Shown here piece after piece: positions 56,578 through 64,000 of a DNA stretch of 64,000 nucleotides. Location of the stretch: assembly GCA_964016885.1 (NCBI GenBank), contig OZ024745.1, positions 24,552,001 through 24,616,000 of the forward strand, read 5' to 3'. The translations under genes and the position numbers were made by a program. Source of the DNA: Eledone cirrhosa (lineage: Eukaryota). Every line of letters starts with the position of its first letter. The first letter of the stretch is position 1. The notes beneath the pieces are model-generated. The model was not told where the DNA came from, ran no database searches, and worked only from the letters and a program-made list of their open reading frames with translations.

Positions 56578-56836
56578 ACGTTCGCTGGCAAAGAACGGAA
56601 AAAAACGAATATAATACGTCATTAATAGGAGCGGTGAAAAACAATTACGCGCAAAGACAGAACCACGTTTATGGTATAAAAGACGTCGTAGACTAATGTT
56701 CTCTTAGGTGGTGCATAGAGACGTTCTCTGGCAATGAACGGAAAAAACGAAGGTAATAGGTCATATGTGGAGCGTGGAGAACAATAGCACGCAAAGACAA
56801 AACCACGTAAATGGTATAGCAGAAGTCGTAGACTAA
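56578..56836. repeat. Diverged tandem duplication (period about 143 bp) in the PLE 3' region
   Basis: ttc.ctggcaa.gaacggaaaaaacgaa..cgcaaagaca.aaccacgt..atggtata..gtcgtagactaa occurs twice. Confidence 0.8.
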
Positions 56837-57426
56837 AATTCGAACTAGGAGACTAAATGAATCTCCGCTTCAGAGTTAAGAATAAAGTAAATAAATACAA
56901 TACAGAGGTAATAGAAATTAAATAAATACATACACGCATACAAATACGTACATACACAACCATACGCAAAAACACTTGCCATAGGTATACAAAACCACGC
57001 ACATATAAATATGTGTGTGTGTGTGTGCGTGTATACAAATAAATAAATAATTAAATAAACGTATATAAATAAATAAATACGTATATAACAAGCGCACACA
57101 CATACCTACATGTAAATACACAAACGTTCGGAGACGTAAGTCAACCAAAACATGAAGTACACATATACACACACCCTACATACGTACGAACCTGCATACT
57201 CACACAGGCGCAAAACTCCCATATACACATAACCAAATCATATGTACCAGAATGTATAAAATTATACGCCATAACATATACAATCAAATATACGTACGAG
57301 AAAGTATACGTACCTTCACAAAACATACAGGTAATATATACTTACCTATGCAAATAAGTAATGGTATAAACAAAACATATACTTAGCTACCACATCAAGA
57401 CGTAAAATATCCACGTATAGATCGTA

Positions 57427-59544
57427 CTATCCGTTAGGGTATAACGTGGGGCTGTAATACAGGAATGTTTTGTGCAATTTATGTTTACAAGCCGAAATTG
57501 CCTCAGATTTTTTGTTTAAGATGTGGTCTGTGGCATAGAGTATTTCCAGGGCCTCAGCGGCGCAGAGGTCACATGGTCTTTTATTTCCGTTATACGATCT
57601 AACCCTAGCTAGGATCTCCCAGTGTAACTTATATTGGATGTGGTTGTCTTTTAAACTCCAGATATAAGCTGAAAGTGACGTCATATTCCTTCTTAGAGGG
57701 TAACGAAAAGAATGGGTATGCATGTAAAGACGCTGCTTGAATCTATTGGCGGTTAACCCTATGTAGGCCCTACGGGACGTGGGTGTTTCAACCTTACATT
57801 TGTAGACAATGTTACTAGAGAGGCATTTCCCGGATAGGGGGCAATCAACCCGATTCCTACAATTACAGTTAGTACTAACTACAGGGTTGCACGTGTTCCT
57901 ACGGCTAGGTAGTTTAGCTAAATTTGAAGCTGTGATGTTATGTGCAAGGTTAGGAGTTGTAGAGTAAGAAATTTTAATAGTATTTCTATTAAAAATTTTA
58001 CTATATTTATGTGTAGGGGGAAAATGCTTCGTAATAAGGAAAAGAAAGATCTTAGCTAATGGTGTGGCCACCTCCATATTATATGGTGGGTTATACCAAC
58101 AAATGCGACGGGATCTATTTCTTCTAGGTCTATTTTCGTACTCTGTATATGCTACCTTATCGACAAATCCACTCCGAGCAAGCGCTTCATTGTAATAAGT
58201 GGAATGGTCGTTGAAAATATGCTCGTTAGTAGATAGATGGGAAAGCCTCAACGAAACGTTTCTTACCAGGTTCTTGGTTATGCTGGCAGTATGGTTGGAA
58301 TGCTTACTTATGTAATTAAGCGTATCATTCGGCTTTCTATACGGGTAACACAACCCATTCGATAAATTGAGGGTAACGTCGAGGTAATTAACGACCGAGA
58401 GATTGGCCTCAACTTGTATAGAGAGGTTGAAGCCTTTAAAGAAGGCTGTGAGTTCTTTTCTGAACCTGTCGCAAGCACGAGGCCCGCACTTAGTCATGGT
58501 CAAAAGACCATCATCACGGTACAAACCACCGCCTGCGTTGGGAAATTCGTCCTTGATAGAGAAAAGAAGGAAAAGGCCGATAAGATCAGTAACCTCTGCA
58601 GAATCGCTGGCGCCCATACTCACGTCAAATGGGGTACTATTGGATTTTTTAATCCAAATAGAGTCGTCGAGATTAATCACCGACTTACGGGCATTGAGGA
58701 TGACATCAACTTCGAAATCCTTAACCACTGTGAGTGTTTTAGCGAAATTGATAGCTCTAAGGAGAAGTGGTAAAGTGATGGAGGAGTAGTAATTGTTGAT
58801 GTCGAATTGGATAAAACGGCAATGTTCCTTGTTACATATGCCGTTGAACCAATCAATCACCGCGAAAGAATTGTTCCACAGTGCAAGAGGGGCCAAACTT
58901 CTAATTTCAGGTATAATTCTATCAAGAATCGTTTTACTAAGTCTACCTAAATCGGACTTCGTAGGGTTAATAAGCCGAATAGAGGGGTTTTTCGGAAAAT
59001 TGGATTTGTGATCCTTCAGGGTAAAGTGGGGAGAAATAGGGTCCAGAGGTTCAGTCCGGTCCATGAAGTTAAGATCAGAGGTGATTTTAAACCCAGTGTC
59101 GTTGATTTCATTGATGACGCACCGATTAGTTTTACGGTAATCCTTAGTTACAGCATTATGGTAAGTACTGCGCTCCACTTGATATAGGTTGCCAGTTTTG
59201 TCGGAATGGACGTGCACGGCATTAGAATCCTTAATAGAACGAATTCTATTCTTCAGGTCCTGCTGGAAGGAATTGCTCCTATTCCGAAATTTGATACTCC
59301 GTATGAGTTCCAAGACATCATTTTCGAAGGGTAACAATGCTGGGTTACACGGGGGGTTATTATAGGTTTTAAACCCAAATTTATCCTGTTTGTTGTCTGC
59401 TTTTCGCGGATTATCGAAATAAAAGGCACGCCAACGCAACCTTTTAATGAACGCGTCTGTTTTCTGTATCAGGAGTTTTAGGTATGTTTTCCTGTTTGGT
59501 ACGGGTATGTTCTTTGTAGAAATATTCAGATGTTGTTTCTGCAT
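57427..59544 (-). CDS. Penelope-like element polyprotein: reverse transcriptase + zinc-finger linker + GIY-YIG endonuclease (705 aa)
   Basis: N-terminal KNIPVP..FIKRLRWRA and DKTG motifs. RT motifs FDINNYY, SMGASDS, YRDDGL, YLDV and YRKP. Linker CNCRNRVDCPLSGKC (CxCx5Cx5C). IVY..YIG, FKQR, CDLC..E and LNKKSE. No stops. Confidence 0.93.
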   Translation of the reverse strand: MQKQHLNISTKNIPVPNRKTYLKLLIQKTDAFIKRLRWRAFYFDNPRKADNKQDKFGFKTYNNPPCNPALLPFENDVLELIRSIKFRNRSNSFQQDLKNRIRSIKDSNAVHVHSDKTGNLYQVERSTYHNAVTKDYRKTNRCVINEINDTGFKITSDLNFMDRTEPLDPISPHFTLKDHKSNFPKNPSIRLINPTKSDLGRLSKTILDRIIPEIRSLAPLALWNNSFAVIDWFNGICNKEHCRFIQFDINNYYSSITLPLLLRAINFAKTLTVVKDFEVDVILNARKSVINLDDSIWIKKSNSTPFDVSMGASDSAEVTDLIGLFLLFSIKDEFPNAGGGLYRDDGLLTMTKCGPRACDRFRKELTAFFKGFNLSIQVEANLSVVNYLDVTLNLSNGLCYPYRKPNDTLNYISKHSNHTASITKNLVRNVSLRLSHLSTNEHIFNDHSTYYNEALARSGFVDKVAYTEYENRPRRNRSRRICWYNPPYNMEVATPLAKIFLFLITKHFPPTHKYSKIFNRNTIKISYSTTPNLAHNITASNLAKLPSRRNTCNPVVSTNCNCRNRVDCPLSGKCLSSNIVYKCKVETPTSRRAYIGLTANRFKQRLYMHTHSFRYPLRRNMTSLSAYIWSLKDNHIQYKLHWEILARVRSYNGNKRPCDLCAAEALEILYATDHILNKKSEAISACKHKLHKTFLYYSPTLYPNG

Positions 59545-59702
59545 GATGAATATAAGTCAATAGAGTGCTCAACCGAGCGATTCTTTTCTTAAACTTTAAT
59601 CTGTTATTTTAATAAATATTTGCTCTACGGTTCTTATATATTTGATATATATTTATCCTTATCGAAACCTCTTTGGATTTTAGTCTTCAAATTTATTATT
59701 AT

Positions 59703-59747
<45 letters not shown>

Positions 59748-59775
59748 CTTATGTAAATATATATATGAGCTTATG

Positions 59776-59854
<79 letters not shown>

Positions 59855-60270
59855 TTATTTATAAGCTCATATATATACATATGTGCGTGAGTGTATAGCA
59901 AAACAACGAACATCTTAATAAATAAATAAATAAATAAAGCTTAGACACACCATAAAAACAACAAAAAGAACTGCCAGAAGATATAAACAAAAGAAATAGG
60001 TGAAGGCGAAGGAAAGTGTAACATCACGATTTTTCTCACAGCTCATGTCGTAAGCATTGATTTACCTAGAATTGAACTCTGGGCTTTATTTACCGGCTTC
60101 AGCATTAGAAATGGCTTTGTGAAAGATTCCTCGTGTGAGACATGAGCATTTGCAATTAACTTTATTTCAGTTTTTAGTTGAATTTCCTTTCCAAACACAC
60201 ATAGGATGTATGTATGTATATATGTATGATTGTATGTGTGTATGTATGATTGTATGTGTGTATGTAATTA

Positions 60271-60374
<104 letters not shown>

Positions 60375-60419
60375 TTTATCCCAGGTTCAATCGGGGGTAA
60401 CCACAGTAAGTAAGCTACT

Positions 60420-60473
<54 letters not shown>

Positions 60474-60476
<3 letters not shown>

Positions 60477-60560
60477 CAAAATGCTTCACGCTCGGTGAGA
60501 CTGGGGGAGGTTACGACGTTTCGGACATAAGTCCTTCCTCAGGAGAGTAGCGGCGAACTC
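60474..60560 (-). mobile_element. Probable PLE pLTR remnant with a degenerate hammerhead core next to (TA)n
   Basis: Minus strand CTGAGGA-A-GGAC-TTAT-GTCC-GAAACGTC (about 60512-60539). Stem I was not found. Confidence 0.4.
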
Positions 60561-60741
60561 CGAGAAGGGGTGATGAGGGGAGTTAGCAGGAAAAACATGA
60601 AAGGACGGGAAAAAGAGAAATAAAAATAAAACATGAAATCAAAATAAATAGAAACGGAATGTATTTTTTAAAAAAACAGAATTTAAAAAAAAGGAGTAAG
60701 GGTTTAACGTGGACAGACACATATACGGCACTGGTACAGAA

Positions 60742-62505
60742 AATAATTGTTTCTACATTTGGCACAAGGCCAGCAATTTTCAGTGCATTACTGGTACTTT
60801 ATTTTATCGACCCCCGTAAGGATGAAAGGCAAAGTTGACCTCGGCAGGAATTGAACTCAGTCTGTAAAGGGCCGTAACTCTAAGCTTCAAAGCATGGCGT
60901 CCGAGCTTCTACCGACACTGCCAATCTACCGACATACAGAAAATCCACTGATACAGAAAATAATTGTTTCTGCTTTTGGCACAAGGCCAGCAATTATTCT
61001 AGTGTATTACTGGTACTTTATTTTATCGACCCCCGTTAGGATGAAAGGCAAAGTTAAACTCGACGGGATTTGAACTCAGAATGGCAAGGGCCGTAACTCT
61101 ATGCGTCAAAGCATGGCGTCCGACAATGTCCGCCTCTTCGGTTACCGACAGTAGGTGTTACGTAACAACCAGGTTTCGATACATACGGTCGCACTGACCC
61201 TACAGCACCGTCAATAGTTTATAAGGCTTAAGCTACTAGAGAATAGTGAAAACCAATACGGTATAAGAAAAATCAAGGTACCACATTCTCATATTCATAC
61301 ACTTCAACACATATCTTTACAATGTATTATCTCTAGTATATGACAGTATCGGTAGAGCGTCAGACACCATGCTTTGCAGCATACTTATGGCCCTTTGCTT
61401 TCTGAGTTCAAATCCGCCGAGGTTAACTTTGCCTTTCATCCATACGAGGTCGATAAAATAAAGTACCAGTGATGCACTGGGGTGATTGCTGGCCTTTTGC
61501 CAAAAGTAGAAACTCAGGATCGGATTGGCAGTATCGGTAGAGGGTCGGACGCCATGCTTTGCAGCATAGAGTTACGGCCCTTTACGATCTGAGTTCAAAT
61601 CCCTCCGAGGTTAACTTTGCCTATCATCCTTACGGAGTCAATAAAATAAAGTGTCAGTAATACACTGGGGTAATTGCTGGCCTTGTCCGAAAAGTAGAAA
61701 CAATGATCTCTAGTATACGATGGTTAGCCAAAAAATATATAGGCTGAAGAGTTCATAGGCTGACCAAGATACTCTCATGGAATGACCAAATAAGGTTTAT
61801 TTTTTAACATAGTCCCTAGAATTAAACAAGGCAGTTATTATTTGGCAGTATCGGTAGAGGGTCGGACGCCATGCTTTCCAGCATAGTTACATCCCTTTAC
61901 GATCTGAGTTCAAATCCCGCCGAGGTTAACTTTGCCTTTCATCCATACGGAGTCGATAAAATAAAGTACCAGTAATGCACTGGTGAATTGCTGGCCTTGT
62001 GCCAAATGTAGAAACAATTATTAAGAAGAGTTGAAATTAATGCATGCAAGCTTTCACAGCTCTAGCATGATTCCTTCATAGGTTCAAAAGTTCATAGGCT
62101 GACCAAGATACTCTCATGGAATAACGAAATAACATTTATTTTTTAACAGTCCCTGGAAAGTCACAATGCAGTTATTTATAAGAAGAATTGAAATTAATGC
62201 ATGCAGGATTTCACAGCTCTAGCAGTACTCTTTCATAGGCTGACCAAGAAACTCTCATAAACGGACCAAAGGAGGTTTATTTTTCAACATAGTCCTTGGA
62301 AAGAAACAATTAATAAAAAGAGTCGAAATAATTTTCTACTTTTGGTACAAGGCCAGCAATTACTCAGTACATTACTGGTACTTTATTTATCGACCCTGTA
62401 AGGATGAAAGGCAAAGTTAACCACGGGGAGATTTGAACTCAGATCGTAAAGGGACGTAACTACACTGGAAAGCATGTCCGACGCTCTACCGATACTGCCA
62501 ATTCA
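60742..62505. mobile_element. Cluster of six SINE family A copies
   Basis: Minus strand: 60742-60930, 60960-61124, 62328-62505. Plus strand: 61341-61512, 61522-61703, 61842-62022. Confidence 0.88.
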
Positions 62506-62586
62506 CTTGAAAATAATGCATGCAAGATTTCATAGCTCAAATATCACTTCTTCATAGTTAACCTATGAACTTTTGAGATGACCCTC
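61718..62586. mobile_element. Mariner-type MITE with internally triplicated body and two nested SINEs
   Basis: ttcataggctgaccaaga.actctcat recurs at about 61752, 62091 and 62232. The right end is tatgaacttttgagatgaccctca-TA. Confidence 0.65.
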
Positions 62587-62596
62587 ATATGTATTG

Positions 62597-62728
<132 letters not shown>

Positions 62729-63143
62729 TACAAAAGAAATATATACATATATATCGCATTAAATACAAAAGAAATATATACATATATATCGCATTAAATA
62801 CAAAAGAAATATATATAGAAAGAATGATATATATATATATATATACCGACCAATCAAAATTGTTTTGACCACAAGAATTTTTGCAACACCAAGTAGCGCT
62901 GGAGCCACTTTTTTAATATAAAAACAGGTAGAATTCCCGAAACTAATCAGATCAGAGCAAACAACACGGACGCTCTATCTCAAAATTATTTTTGAAAAGC
63001 ATTTAGAAATGCGCAACCGGTAAAAACTTAAAAACTTAAAACCACAACTGAATACTAACCCATACAATTACTAATACTCTTTTATTCCTAATTAAACTAT
63101 TTTTCAACTGTGAACAATTTGTCAGCATTTTCTATTCTGTTTA

Positions 63144-63204
<61 letters not shown>

Positions 63205-63209
<5 letters not shown>

Positions 63210-63410
63210 AGTAAGTAAGACCCCGACGGCTGAGCTCAAGCCGTTTCGACGGCTAATTCTGTACAGAATTGAGTACAGAATTAGCCGTCGAAACGGCTTG
63301 AGCTCAGCCGTCGGGGTCTTACTTACTCCTATTACCCACTCTACTACCCTAAGTATTGAGTACTTTGGTGCGTTATGGTCCACCTGGTTCCTTACCACTT
63401 TTCCCTCGCT
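63205..63410 (+). mobile_element. Palindromic Penelope pLTR-like remnant in (TA)n, containing the 3' half of a hammerhead
   Basis: Perfect 60 bp arms 63205-63264 and 63273-63332, with GAAACGGC-TTGAGCTCA-GCCGTC. The tail is homologous to 13561-13639 on the opposite strand. Confidence 0.75.
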
Positions 63411-63426
63411 ATATATATATATATAT

Positions 63427-63599
<173 letters not shown>

Positions 63600-64000
63600 A
63601 TATTAAATAAATGGAAACTATATTTATAAAACCATATTTATTTCGTTATATATATTTCAGGGATATCATATTAACAATATGTTATGCCATCTTCAGACAA
63701 AATACAATATAAACAGTCTTATAAATAAATAGATACGACATACCTTTCAATCACCTTGCATTTGGGAGGTTGATTTGGTAGTTATATATATATATCATTC
63801 TCTCTATATATATTTATTTTGTATTTAATGCAAGTATATAGAAGAAGGTTTAACCGTGTGATTAAGAAGTTTGCTTTGCAATAATGAACTCCCGTATTTG
63901 AACTACTGCGTAGATTTGACCCTAGCCTCGTAAATGAAGGAAGGAAAGTAAAGGGAAATTGTTTGGAAGCCGGTCCAAATAACTGCTGATATATGTTATC

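Larger units (their letters stand above)
56418..59631 (-). mobile_element. Penelope-like retroelement (Naiad-like), full ORF, about 1 kb 3' region and an inverted 5' pLTR piece, inserted in (TA)n
   Basis: RT + GIY-YIG ORF. 56418-56456 is the reverse complement of 59576-59614. A hammerhead-like motif lies at the 3' end, and (TA)n flanks both sides. Confidence 0.88.

Noticed and set aside
56840-56875. Second hammerhead in the PLE 3' region (CTGAAGC..hairpin..GAAT, minus strand)
   Set aside because: Both core boxes deviate (CUGAAGC, GAAU), and stems I and III are not evident.
58403-59011. Plus-strand ORFs overlapping the PLE ORF
   Set aside because: These are antisense shadows of the real reading frame and show no motifs.

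Overview
Eukaryotic, repeat-saturated DNA with no convincing host protein-coding gene. It is most likely from an octopod cephalopod, inferred from the abundant octopus-type tRNA-derived SINE and the huge (TA)n/(CA)n tracts. Mobile elements: a decayed Ty3/Gypsy pol fragment fused to a Tx1/L1-type LINE 3' end, three more Tx1-type 3' fragments (two inside a (CTAT)n tract), RTE, CRE and R4-like LINE scraps, mariner, hAT and Helitron non-autonomous elements, and about 20 SINE copies. Also present: large minisatellites, a decaying tandem tRNA-Val cluster with three different anticodons, and one apparently intact Penelope-like retroelement (RT + GIY-YIG, Naiad-like). The strongest signal is a recurring set of type I hammerhead ribozymes and fold-back palindromes, mostly in or beside (TA)n tracts (3694, 13561, 17182, 56437, 63205). 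These look like Penelope pseudo-LTR-derived non-autonomous elements. All calls were made by eye, without folding software or database searches, and boundaries of decayed elements are approximate.
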